A stretch of DNA of 64,000 nucleotides, taken from NCBI GenBank assembly GCA_965248445.1, contig CBDFJG010000003.1:1312001-1376000 (forward strand). Reading direction: 5' to 3'. Shown one piece after another: positions 21,259-30,564 of the stretch; the stretch's first letter is position 1; each line of letters begins with the position of its first letter. This DNA is from Planctomycetota bacterium (GTDB lineage Bacteria > Planctomycetota > JAJSAM01 > JAJVHW01). The position numbers and the translations under genes were made by a program. The notes under the pieces were generated by a model. That model worked only from the letters and a program-made list of their open reading frames with translations, did no database searches and was not told the origin of the DNA.

Positions 21259-24200
21259 ATGACCACGGACCGCGACCGCGACGACCTGCTCTCTTACCTG
21301 TACGGCGCGCTGCCCGACGAGGAGCGCACCGTCCTGGAGAAGCGACTGGCTGACGACCCCGAACTGCGCGCACGGCTCGACGCCGCCCGCGCGGAGAAGG
21401 ATACGCTCGCCAAGGCCGCGGAGATCTCCGATCCGGGCGTGTCTCTTCGGCCCCCACGCGCCAAGGTGTTCACGATGCGCAAGTTCGGCATGGCCGCCGG
21501 CGTGCTGCTGGCGCTCGGACTGGGCTTCACCGGGTTCCGCGCATCGCACCGCGCCACCCTGGCCGGCGACAACCCGGTCCTCGTGGCCAAGGGTCCCGGC
21601 AGCTTCGTGCCCGGCACCCCCGCGGAGTACGAACTCCTGCTCACCGACGCAGACGGTGACGCAATCGACGGCACCGTCACGGTCCACGTCCTCGGCGCGG
21701 GGAACGAGATCCGCGCGAAGACGGACGCGACACTCGACAACGGCCGCGCGACAGTGCAGCTCGAACCCGAGACCGGCGACCCCGGCGAGCGGGTGCGCGT
21801 GCAGTTCGTCGCAACGACGAAGGACGGCGAACGCATCACACAGACTCTGCCGCTCAAGGACGGCACCCGCGTGGTCGCACGCGTCAGCACGGACAAGCCG
21901 CTCTACCGGCCCGGCGAGACCGTGCGCATCCGCAGCATCGCGCTCGAGGCGTTCCGCTTACAGCTCCCCGGCGACGTTCCCGTCAAGATGACGATGACGG
22001 ATCCACGCGGCGGCGTCGTGTTCGACCACGTGCTCGACACGCAGAACGGCGCCATCGCGTGGGAGCACGCGCTTCCGCGGGACGTGGCCGGCGGGACATA
22101 CACCGTCTCGGTCACCGGCACCAAGGACGACGGTCTCGTCGCACCGGCGAAGCGCACGTTCGAAGTGCGTTCGTACCGCGTGCCGCGCCTGCGCTTCGAC
22201 ATGGAACTCGATCGCGACACGTACGGACCCGGCGACGCGGGCACGGCCCAGCTCAGCGTCGAGCGCGCCGAGGGCGGCAGCCCCACCGGCGCGACCGCCG
22301 AGGCGGTGCTGCGCGTGGACGGCGAGGAGATCGCCCGCGAGACACTGACCGTCGGTGCGGACGGCGGCGTCGTGGTTCCGTTCACTCTTCCGATGCAGAT
22401 CGCCGAGGGGCGCGGCCAGCTGAGCGTCACCGTCGAGGACGGAGGCGTGGTCGAGACGACCGCCAAGACCGTTCCGATCGCGCTGGGCCGCCTGGACGTC
22501 GAGCTGTACCCTGAGGGCGGCGAGCTCGTCGCCGGTATCCCGTCGCGCGTGTACTTCCGCGCCCGCACCCCCGCCGGTGAGCCGGCCGACGTCGCGTTCG
22601 AGGTGCTCGACGGCGACGAGGTCGTCGCAGCGGCCAACGTCGACGTGCGCGGCATGGGAGTGTTCGAGCTGACCCCGCGTGACGGCGCGAACTACACGCT
22701 CGCGGCGATCTCGCCACTCGACGTGGACCTCGCGTGCGAGATCCCCGCCGTCCTGACGAGCGGAGCCGTGCTCCGCGCGCTCGACGAGGCGACGGCGGCC
22801 AAGGCGCCCATTCGCGTCAATCTGCAGGCCGCTGCGAGCGGCACGTATGCCGTCGAGGCCTGGTGCCGCGGCGGCCGTCTGGCGCGCATGCGCGTCGAGC
22901 TCGACCGGTTCCGTGATCGCGAGATCGAGATCCCGACGGCCTCCGAGGTCGGCGGCGTCATCCGCGTGACTGTCTTCGGTCCGGACGGCAACCCGCTCGC
23001 CGAGCGCCTCGTGACGCGTCAGCCGCCGCGCAGCCTCTCGCTGACGGCCGTGGCCGCGAAGCAGAAATACGCGCCGCGCGAGCGCGTCGAGGTCAAGGTC
23101 CGCGCATTCGGCCCGGACGGCCCCGTCGCGAACGCGATCCTGGGCGCAAGCGTCGTCGACGAGTCGGTGCTCGCGCTGGCGAACGACGAGGACACAGCTC
23201 CGATGCCGATGCACTTCCTGCTCGGCATGGAGGTGGATGAACTCGAGAAGACCGAGGTCTACGCCGAGGGTCCGGACGCGCAGCACGCAGTGGATCTGCT
23301 GCTCGGCGTGCAGGGCTGGCGCCGCTTCGGGTGGAAGAACGTCGATGAGTTCCTGGCAGCGCATCCCGAGGACGGCCTGCGGCTCGTGGCGGTCTCCGCC
23401 GACGCGCAGACCGTTGCCCGCGACAACCGAGCCGGTGCGGATCAGGCGGTCGCGTACGGCATGGAGAGGTTCGACGAACGCTCGATGGAGCGCGGCTGGG
23501 CCGGCGGCATCCTGCTGATCGTCATCGGCGGCGTGCTGCTCTCGATCCGGTCGCTCTGGCAGCGACGCATGCTGCCCGCGATCGTCGGCGTCGTACCGGC
23601 GCTCTTGCTGGCCGCCGCGTTCGCGTTCTCGCGGTCTGACATGCAGTACGCGATGGCGCCGGGCATGGACGCCCGCGTGGAGATGGAAGCCGGAGGATGG
23701 CCCGCCGACGCCGTCGCCATGGGCGGCGGGGCGGCGGGTGATCCGCTCGCGGACTGGCTCGGAGCCGACGGCGCCCCCGCGCCGCGACGGGCCGCGCCCG
23801 CGCTCGTCGAACCCAACGTGCTGCGCCTGGCCGACGCGGAAGCGAAGAAGAACGCCGACGCCCGCGTCGTCGGACTCGCCGATCTCGCCGGGAGGCTCCG
23901 CCGCGCCAAGCGCCCGATGGAGGGCGCCGAGAAGGAACTGCTCGACAAGTTCGCCGACATGGATCTCGAGATGGAGGAACTCCGCGTCATGAAGGACGCG
24001 AAGCAGATCCTCGTTCGCGAGTACGCGTACCAGGCGCAGAAGAACGACGGCACGCGCAGCGACTTCACCGAGGTCCTGTACTGGAACGCTCTCGTCATCA
24101 CCGACGAGAAGGGCGAAGCGACCTTCGCGTTCGACACGTCGGACTCGATCACTTCGTTCCGCGTTGCCGTGGACGGCCACGACGGAAAGGGAGCGCTCGG

Positions 24201-26130
24201 CGCGGCCGACTCGCTGTTCGAGAACCGCGTGCCGTTCTACGTAGAGCCGAAGTTCCCGGTGGAGCTGTCCGCCGGTGACGAGCTGTTCCTACCCGTCGTC
24301 GTCGCCAACGACACCGACGCACCTATGCCCGTGACACTCAGCATCGTGGCCGGCGACCCTCTGTTGCAGGTCCGCGGAGACGCGACCTTCACGACCGAGG
24401 CCGCGGCCGGTGCGCGCACGCGCATCCTGGTGCCGTTCACGGTCGCCCAGGGCACCGGTAACGGGACGATCACACTTCGCGCCGTGGCCGGCTCCGGACA
24501 CGACGACGTCACGATGCGCGCGATCCCGGTCGTGCCCCGCGGCTACCCGCGCACGGTTGCCAGGAGCGGCGTGATCGAGGAGCGAGACGGCACCGAGTTC
24601 ATGCTGCCCGCCGACCTGAACCCCGTGACGGTCACTGGCGCGCTGAAGCTCTATCCCTCCACTCTGGCGACACTCGTCGACGGCCTCGAAGGCATCCTGC
24701 GCGAGCCGAACGGCTGCTTCGAGCAGGCGTCGTCGTCCAACTACCCGAACGTGCTGGTCATGCGCTACCTTCAGGACCAGGGCGCGGCGGCCCCGGCCGT
24801 GGCGCGCCGGGCGCGCGATCTCATGAAGTCGGGCTACGCGAAGCTCGCCGGCTACGAGTGCAGTGAGCTCGGCTACGAGTGGTTCGGCGGTGATCCAGGC
24901 CACGAGGCGCTCAGCGCCTACGGACTCATGGAGTTCGTGGACATGCGCGCGGTCTTCGACGTCGACGAGGAGATGATCGGCCGCACGCGCAAGTGGCTGC
25001 TCGAGCGCCGCGACGGCGACGGCGGCTTCAGGCGCAATGCACGGGCCCTCGACTCCTTCGGCGCAGCGCCGGACGAGATCACGAACGCCTACATCACGTG
25101 GGCACTCACCGAGGCCGGCGAGAATGCCGAACTCGGCAAGGAACTGAACAAGCTGATCGCGGACGGCAAGACGAGCGAAGACCCCTACGTGGTCGGACTC
25201 GCCGCCAACGCCGCGCTCAACACCGAACACGCCGACAAGGGCGCACTGGTCAAGCGGCTGGCCGGCATGCAGCAGGCGGACGGACACTTCGACGGGAAGA
25301 CCACGTCGATCACGTCGAGCCGTGGCAGCAACCTGCACATCGAGACCACCTCGATCGCCGCGCTGGCGTTCACGAAGAGCGGCACGCACCTCGCCGACGG
25401 CGAGGAGGCGATTGCGTGGCTCCTCCAGCAGCGCAGCGGCGGCTCGTTCGGCACGACGCAGGCGACGATCATGGCGCTCCGCGCTCTGGTCACCCACGCG
25501 CAGAACGCACGCAAGACGTCGACGTCGCACGACGTGGCCGTCATCGTGAACGGCGAGCAGGTGGCCACCCGCCACGTGGCGGAAGGCTCCACCGGCGTCA
25601 TCCTGTTCGAGCGCACCGTCATCGACGCACTGCGCCCCGGCGAGAACACGATCGAGGTCACCGCCAGCGGCGACGAGACGCTGCCGTGGGCGCTCACGCT
25701 GTCGTACGCGACGGCGCTGCCCGCCAGCAGCCCGGACTGCCCCGTCACGGTCGCGACCTCACTCGACACCGACACGGCGGTCGAGGGCGACACCGTCGGC
25801 CTGCACGTCGAGCTGACGAACACGACCGCCGAGGGCATCCCGATGACACTCGCGCGCGTCGCGCTGCCGGCCGGTCTCGAGCCGCGCACCGAGCAGCTCG
25901 AGGAGCTCAAGAAGGCCGGCGACATCGACTTCTGGGAGACCCGCCCGCGCGAGATCACGCTCTATTACCGGGCGCTCGCACCGAGCGCGCAGAAGGTGCT
26001 CGATCTCGACCTGACCGCGGCGGTGCCCGGCAAGTTCGAGGGCCCCGCGTCCTCGGCGTACCTCTACTACGGCGACGACGCCAAGCAGTGGGCGGCGCCG
26101 CTCGGGATCACGATCCAGCCGCGGCGCTGA
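21259..26130 (+). CDS. Alpha-2-macroglobulin family protein with an N-terminal anti-sigma-like domain and TM anchor
   Basis: LLSYLYGALPDEERTVLEKRLADDP N-terminus, TM, TDKPLYRPGETV (MG2), RSDFTEVLYWN..DSITSFR, thioester motif GCFEQ (24712-24726), SSAYLYY. Confidence 0.92.
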   Translation: MTTDRDRDDLLSYLYGALPDEERTVLEKRLADDPELRARLDAARAEKDTLAKAAEISDPGVSLRPPRAKVFTMRKFGMAAGVLLALGLGFTGFRASHRATLAGDNPVLVAKGPGSFVPGTPAEYELLLTDADGDAIDGTVTVHVLGAGNEIRAKTDATLDNGRATVQLEPETGDPGERVRVQFVATTKDGERITQTLPLKDGTRVVARVSTDKPLYRPGETVRIRSIALEAFRLQLPGDVPVKMTMTDPRGGVVFDHVLDTQNGAIAWEHALPRDVAGGTYTVSVTGTKDDGLVAPAKRTFEVRSYRVPRLRFDMELDRDTYGPGDAGTAQLSVERAEGGSPTGATAEAVLRVDGEEIARETLTVGADGGVVVPFTLPMQIAEGRGQLSVTVEDGGVVETTAKTVPIALGRLDVELYPEGGELVAGIPSRVYFRARTPAGEPADVAFEVLDGDEVVAAANVDVRGMGVFELTPRDGANYTLAAISPLDVDLACEIPAVLTSGAVLRALDEATAAKAPIRVNLQAAASGTYAVEAWCRGGRLARMRVELDRFRDREIEIPTASEVGGVIRVTVFGPDGNPLAERLVTRQPPRSLSLTAVAAKQKYAPRERVEVKVRAFGPDGPVANAILGASVVDESVLALANDEDTAPMPMHFLLGMEVDELEKTEVYAEGPDAQHAVDLLLGVQGWRRFGWKNVDEFLAAHPEDGLRLVAVSADAQTVARDNRAGADQAVAYGMERFDERSMERGWAGGILLIVIGGVLLSIRSLWQRRMLPAIVGVVPALLLAAAFAFSRSDMQYAMAPGMDARVEMEAGGWPADAVAMGGGAAGDPLADWLGADGAPAPRRAAPALVEPNVLRLADAEAKKNADARVVGLADLAGRLRRAKRPMEGAEKELLDKFADMDLEMEELRVMKDAKQILVREYAYQAQKNDGTRSDFTEVLYWNALVITDEKGEATFAFDTSDSITSFRVAVDGHDGKGALGAADSLFENRVPFYVEPKFPVELSAGDELFLPVVVANDTDAPMPVTLSIVAGDPLLQVRGDATFTTEAAAGARTRILVPFTVAQGTGNGTITLRAVAGSGHDDVTMRAIPVVPRGYPRTVARSGVIEERDGTEFMLPADLNPVTVTGALKLYPSTLATLVDGLEGILREPNGCFEQASSSNYPNVLVMRYLQDQGAAAPAVARRARDLMKSGYAKLAGYECSELGYEWFGGDPGHEALSAYGLMEFVDMRAVFDVDEEMIGRTRKWLLERRDGDGGFRRNARALDSFGAAPDEITNAYITWALTEAGENAELGKELNKLIADGKTSEDPYVVGLAANAALNTEHADKGALVKRLAGMQQADGHFDGKTTSITSSRGSNLHIETTSIAALAFTKSGTHLADGEEAIAWLLQQRSGGSFGTTQATIMALRALVTHAQNARKTSTSHDVAVIVNGEQVATRHVAEGSTGVILFERTVIDALRPGENTIEVTASGDETLPWALTLSYATALPASSPDCPVTVATSLDTDTAVEGDTVGLHVELTNTTAEGIPMTLARVALPAGLEPRTEQLEELKKAGDIDFWETRPREITLYYRALAPSAQKVLDLDLTAAVPGKFEGPASSAYLYYGDDAKQWAAPLGITIQPRR

Positions 26131-26175
26131 CGTCGTCGGCGATTGCGACGTGCATGGGCTGATCGCGCTTCAGCG
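25958..26175 (+). repeat. Direct repeat copy 1 (intact A2M 3' end plus a kinase 3'-end remnant)
   Basis: Aligns with 26731-26945. Confidence 0.9.
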
Positions 26176-26613
26176 GATCGCGACATGCACCCGCACCCGA
26201 TCCGGCGCCACGTGGTGGTCGAAGTCGCCGCTGTACGTGCGATCGAGAGGTGCCTCCCAGATCTGCTGCCACGCCTGGATCAGCGTGTCCGGTTGCGGGC
26301 CGCTCACGTCGTGTACGGCGTAGCGCGCAGCAGGCACGGTCGTCGCCACGAGTCCTTCAGGCAGGTCGTCCACGTCCACGTCGTCCGCGACACGGCATCC
26401 CAGGAGCATCGTGTAGGGCTGCGTGTGGTCGCCCTCGTACTCGTAGTAGAGCGAGTAGAGGTCGTCGTTCACGCGGCCCGGGATCTGCGCCGCACCGCCG
26501 CCGCCGAAGAACGCGCCCCACAGCGCTCCGATCGGCGCCGGGTCTGCGTTGGACGCGCGGCAGGTGCGCCCGACGAGCACGAATCTGGGCAGGGACTCGA
26601 TCTCGTGCGACAT
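26170..26613 (-). CDS. GyrI-like small-molecule (effector) binding protein
   Basis: IGALWGAF, YSLYYEYEGDHTQPY, WQQIWEAPLDRTYSGDF; GGAGG RBS before ATG 26613. Confidence 0.9.
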   Translation of the reverse strand: MSHEIESLPRFVLVGRTCRASNADPAPIGALWGAFFGGGGAAQIPGRVNDDLYSLYYEYEGDHTQPYTMLLGCRVADDVDVDDLPEGLVATTVPAARYAVHDVSGPQPDTLIQAWQQIWEAPLDRTYSGDFDHHVAPDRVRVHVAIR

Positions 26614-26730
26614 GGCGGCTCCTCCCGTGACTGGTATCGGTCTGGACGCAGACATGCGAGCAGACGTGCGCGTCCAGCACCAGGTCCCGCTCGCCGGTAC
26701 GGGAATCCGTCGGCGTCTGGGCGCGCACGC

Positions 26731-26945
26731 CGCTCTACCACCGGTCCCTCGCTCCGAACGCGCGGAAGGTGCTCGATCCGGAGCTCCTGGCCGCGGCCGT
26801 GCCCGGCAAGTTCGAGGGTCCCGCGTCCTCGGCGTACCTACGGCGACGACGCCAAGCAGTGGGCCGCGCCCTCGGGATCACGATCCAGCCGCGGCGCTGA
26901 CATCCTCCGCGATCGCCCGGTGCATCGGCTGGTCGCGCATCAGCG
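26731..26945 (+). repeat. Direct repeat copy 2 (frameshifted A2M 3' remnant plus the intact kinase 3' end)
   Basis: Aligns with 25958-26175; small indels break the A2M frame. Confidence 0.9.
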
Positions 26946-29900
26946 ACTCGCGGTACTCCGCGGGAGCGTTGTCGCGCAGGAACTGCAGCCGCCGCCACGC
27001 CTCGTCGAGGTGCTCGCGCTCGCCGGTGACGCGCCACATCAGGTGTTCCGCGTGCATGCGCACGCGGTAGCCCATCCTGTCGCGGTAGCGTTCGTGGGAT
27101 GCACGAGCCTCGCTCGCCACGCTCTCCTCGCCGGCCGCAGCCCGCAGCAGGAGCGAGATCGTGCTCTCGTTCGCCAGCCCACTCGCGTCGCCCAGTTCGT
27201 GCGCGCGCGCGAGGTGCGCGGCGGCTTCCTCCTCCCGCCCGAGCGCATTCAAGCAGTCGCCCAGCGCCTGCTCGGCGGCTGCCTCCAGGTCCTTCGCCCC
27301 GCACTCCCGCGCGATTTCGATCGCTTCAAGCGCACTCCGCTCCGCGTCGGCATACCGACCCTGATAGGTGCGTGCGATCGTCGTGCCCCCGAGCGCATGC
27401 GCGACGCCGCGGCGGTACGCCACGTCCTCGCTGAGCGCGATCTGACGCTCATGCATCTCGCAGGCCTCGTCGAAGCGTCCCATGACCGCTAGGGCGAGCG
27501 CGAGGTTGCCCAGGCCGATGGCCTCCCCGCGGCGGTAGCCGATCTCGCGGGCGAGCCGCAGCCGTTCGTCCTGCAGTTCCATCGACCGCGCGTACATGCC
27601 GGCCGCAGTGTAGCTGCCCGCCAGATTGCCGAGGGCGACGGCGGCGTAGCGCACGTCGCCGACCTCGCGTGAGATCGCCAACGCGCGCTCGTCCCACTCG
27701 AGCGCCGCCGTGAAGTCGCCGAGCGTCCACATCGCGACCCCCAGACCGCCGCAGGCCTTCGCCTCCAGCTTGCGATCGCCGATCTCTCGCGCGATCGCAA
27801 GCGCGGCGTGCTGATGCTGTGCGGCCGTCTCGTTGTCGCCCAGATAGCCCGATGCTGCGCCGAGGTGCCCCTCGATCGCGCTCTCGAGCCGCTGGTCACC
27901 CAGCTCCCGTGCGGCCTCGAGCGCCGACGCGAGAACCTCGATTGCCTCGGCCGGGCTGCCGCGCATGACGAGCGACCAGCCGCGCTGCGCGAGGATGTCC
28001 GTCGCCGACTTCCGGTCGCCCAGATCGTTCGCGAGTTGCAGCGCCTCGGCGAGCATGGCGTCTCGCTCATCGGTCCGCCCGAGGTGTTCGAGTGATGCGC
28101 TCACGCGGCGCTGGATGGGCAGCCGCGCCGCACCCTGCAGAGCCGTGCCGGCGCCCAGAGCACGGTGACCGAGTCGGGCGGCTTCGTCACGTGACCGCGG
28201 CTCCAGGTGCTCGAGCGCCGCGGTCAGATACGGCACCGCCCTGACGCCCGACTCGGCCTCCAGGAAGTGCGACGCCAGCTTCGCGGCGGTGGCTCCCCAA
28301 ACCTCCGCCGGGGTGACGGACTCCGCGAGCGCCCGGCGCTCGAGCGCATCTCCGAGCACTGCGTGGTACTCGCGACGCAGCGCCGGCGAGAGCCGCTCGT
28401 AGAGCAACTCCTGCACCTGGTGATGATCGAAGACGAACCGCGGACCTGCAGCATGGACCAGCGCGTGACGCTGCTCGATGCGCCCGAGCGCGCGCAACAC
28501 CGGGATGCGCGCCTGACCGAGCGCCTCGGTCACGAGCAGCGGATCGAACTCGAAGCCGCAGCATGCAGCGACGTCGAGAATCTCCTGATCGGACTCATCG
28601 AGTGCGGCGAGACGCGTCTCGAAGATGTCCTTCACGGACGCCGGCAGTTCGATTCGCTCGATGATCCCCGTGGTGGACCACGATCCGTCGTCGCCGCGGT
28701 GCAACAAGCCCGACTCCCGCAGCGTGCGGATGATCTCGAATACGAAGAAGGGATTGCCGTCCGACGTTCGGGCCAGTCGCCAGCCGAGTTCGTCGGCGAG
28801 CCGCTCCGAGTGGAACGCCTCGACCAGAAGCTCACGGAGGTCGCGCGGCCCGAGTCGCGAGAGAGTCACGCGGCTCACGTGCTGAAGGCGATCGAGTCCC
28901 GACAACCATCGCTCCGGCAGTCCCGGCCGCGTCGTTCCGAGTAACACGATGCGGTGCCCGCGCGCCCCGAGAGCCAGCGCCTGAAACAGCGCACGACCCT
29001 CCTGTGGCGCGAAGTGCAGGTCCTCCACCACGAGCACGACAGGTCGGATCCGCGCGAGCCCGCGAAGTGCCCCGACGACCACCGCCGCCAGCGAGTCCGG
29101 CGTCAACGGCGTGGCGTCGTCGGGCGGCGGCAGCCCGCGCACGAGCGCCGAGATGCTCCTCACCAGAGAGAGCGAGCCGGGAAGGAGTGCCGACAGCGAA
29201 CGCTCGACCGCGTCGGCGCCGAAGTGATCCCGCAGCGCTGAAACTACGGCGCCGTTCGCCATCGCCGCGCCGAACGGAGGATAGCCGCCGAAGAGCCAGT
29301 CGAACTCCGTCCCCGCGCGCTCGAGACGCAGAGCCAGTTCGTCCAGCAGACGGGACTTCCCGATACCCGGCTCGCCCTGCACGAGGACCACGCCCCCATC
29401 GCCACGTTGCGCCGCAGCGAATGCGGCGTCGAGTGCAGCGCTGGAATTGTCGCGGCCGTGCAACGCCGTCGCGGCGGGCGCGCGGCGACGGCGGGCCGCC
29501 AGCCGTTCACCGAGCCGCGCACGGCGCTGTGTCCACCACGCGCTCTCCTCGCCGTCATCGAACAGTCGGCACAGTTCCTCCGCCGTCTGCACGCGTTTGT
29601 CAGGGTCTTTCGCCAGGAGTGTGTGGACCACCTCCTCGAAGAACCGCGAGACGCCCGGGTTGATCTCGCCGAGGCGGCGCGGGACCGTGGTCAGGACGCT
29701 ACGGACGACCGTCGCGACGTCGTCCCCGCGAAACAGGTGGGTACCCGACGAGAGCTCATAGAGGACGATCCCCAGGGCGTGGAGATCGGCGCGCCCGTCC
29801 ACGGCCTGCTCCGCCGAGAACTGCTCGGGCGATGCGTAGTGGAGCGACCCGACGAACGCGCCGGTCCGCGAGAGTTCGTGCGTCGCATCGATGACGCGCG

Positions 29901-30564
29901 CGACTCCGAGGTCGAGCAGCTTGACGGTGTGATCGGGTGTCACCAGCACATTGGCCGGCTTGACCTCGCGGTGCACCGCGCCCGCCGCGTGGATCGCACC
30001 CAGAGCGGATGCGATGTCGCGCCCGAGCTGACGGCAGAGTTCCTCGGGCACCTGCCCGAGTTCCTCCGACAGCGACTGCAGCGGCTGGCCTTCGACGTAC
30101 TCCATGACCAGGAACGGAGCGTGTGCATCGCCCTCATCGGCCCGCGCATCGAGCACGCGCACGACGCCGGGATGCTGCACACCGGCGCCGATTTGCGCCT
30201 CGCGCAGAAAGCGGTCCCTGTGCGTGCCGGTCCTCACCAGGTGCGGATGCAGGAGCTTGATTGCGACCACCTCCCCGCCCCCGGTGGGCTGGGCGCGGAA
30301 CACGGCGCCCATGCCGCCTTCACCGATCGGCTCGAGGAGCTGGTAGCCCTCGACTTCCGTCGGCGTCGCAGACGGTGCGTCGGACGCGTCCTCGGAGAGC
30401 ACGGCCGACTCGGAGTCGTGGTGGCGCAGCAGTTCTTCGACCTCGGCGCGCAGGATTGCATCGCCCGAGCACGCCGTGTCGAGCGCGCCGGCCCGGTCGG
30501 CAGCCGAGACCCCCCGCAAGGCCTCGAACACTTCGGCCATGCGCCGAAAGCGGTCGTCGCTCAC
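26878..30564 (-). CDS. Ser/Thr protein kinase with an AAA/STAND-type ATPase domain and TPR repeats
   Basis: IGEGGMGAVF, VAIK, HREVKPAN, DLG, YASPEQ; GEPGIGKS, VVEDLH, GNPFF; C-terminal TPRs. GTG start overlaps the ECF stop (GTGA). Confidence 0.92.
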   Translation of the reverse strand: MSDDRFRRMAEVFEALRGVSAADRAGALDTACSGDAILRAEVEELLRHHDSESAVLSEDASDAPSATPTEVEGYQLLEPIGEGGMGAVFRAQPTGGGEVVAIKLLHPHLVRTGTHRDRFLREAQIGAGVQHPGVVRVLDARADEGDAHAPFLVMEYVEGQPLQSLSEELGQVPEELCRQLGRDIASALGAIHAAGAVHREVKPANVLVTPDHTVKLLDLGVARVIDATHELSRTGAFVGSLHYASPEQFSAEQAVDGRADLHALGIVLYELSSGTHLFRGDDVATVVRSVLTTVPRRLGEINPGVSRFFEEVVHTLLAKDPDKRVQTAEELCRLFDDGEESAWWTQRRARLGERLAARRRRAPAATALHGRDNSSAALDAAFAAAQRGDGGVVLVQGEPGIGKSRLLDELALRLERAGTEFDWLFGGYPPFGAAMANGAVVSALRDHFGADAVERSLSALLPGSLSLVRSISALVRGLPPPDDATPLTPDSLAAVVVGALRGLARIRPVVLVVEDLHFAPQEGRALFQALALGARGHRIVLLGTTRPGLPERWLSGLDRLQHVSRVTLSRLGPRDLRELLVEAFHSERLADELGWRLARTSDGNPFFVFEIIRTLRESGLLHRGDDGSWSTTGIIERIELPASVKDIFETRLAALDESDQEILDVAACCGFEFDPLLVTEALGQARIPVLRALGRIEQRHALVHAAGPRFVFDHHQVQELLYERLSPALRREYHAVLGDALERRALAESVTPAEVWGATAAKLASHFLEAESGVRAVPYLTAALEHLEPRSRDEAARLGHRALGAGTALQGAARLPIQRRVSASLEHLGRTDERDAMLAEALQLANDLGDRKSATDILAQRGWSLVMRGSPAEAIEVLASALEAARELGDQRLESAIEGHLGAASGYLGDNETAAQHQHAALAIAREIGDRKLEAKACGGLGVAMWTLGDFTAALEWDERALAISREVGDVRYAAVALGNLAGSYTAAGMYARSMELQDERLRLAREIGYRRGEAIGLGNLALALAVMGRFDEACEMHERQIALSEDVAYRRGVAHALGGTTIARTYQGRYADAERSALEAIEIARECGAKDLEAAAEQALGDCLNALGREEEAAAHLARAHELGDASGLANESTISLLLRAAAGEESVASEARASHERYRDRMGYRVRMHAEHLMWRVTGEREHLDEAWRRLQFLRDNAPAEYRESLMRDQPMHRAIAEDVSAAAGS

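Noticed and set aside
17097..21266. 1,389-aa minus-strand ORF, and similar long ORFs such as 21958-24180(-), 31054-33066(+) and 60449-62863(-)
   Set aside because: Antisense shadows of well-supported genes. High GC3 suppresses stops on the opposite strand and the translations have no motifs.
25958..26945. Diversity-generating retroelement TR/VR pair
   Set aside because: Differences between the copies are not adenine-specific, include indels, and there is no reverse transcriptase in the window.
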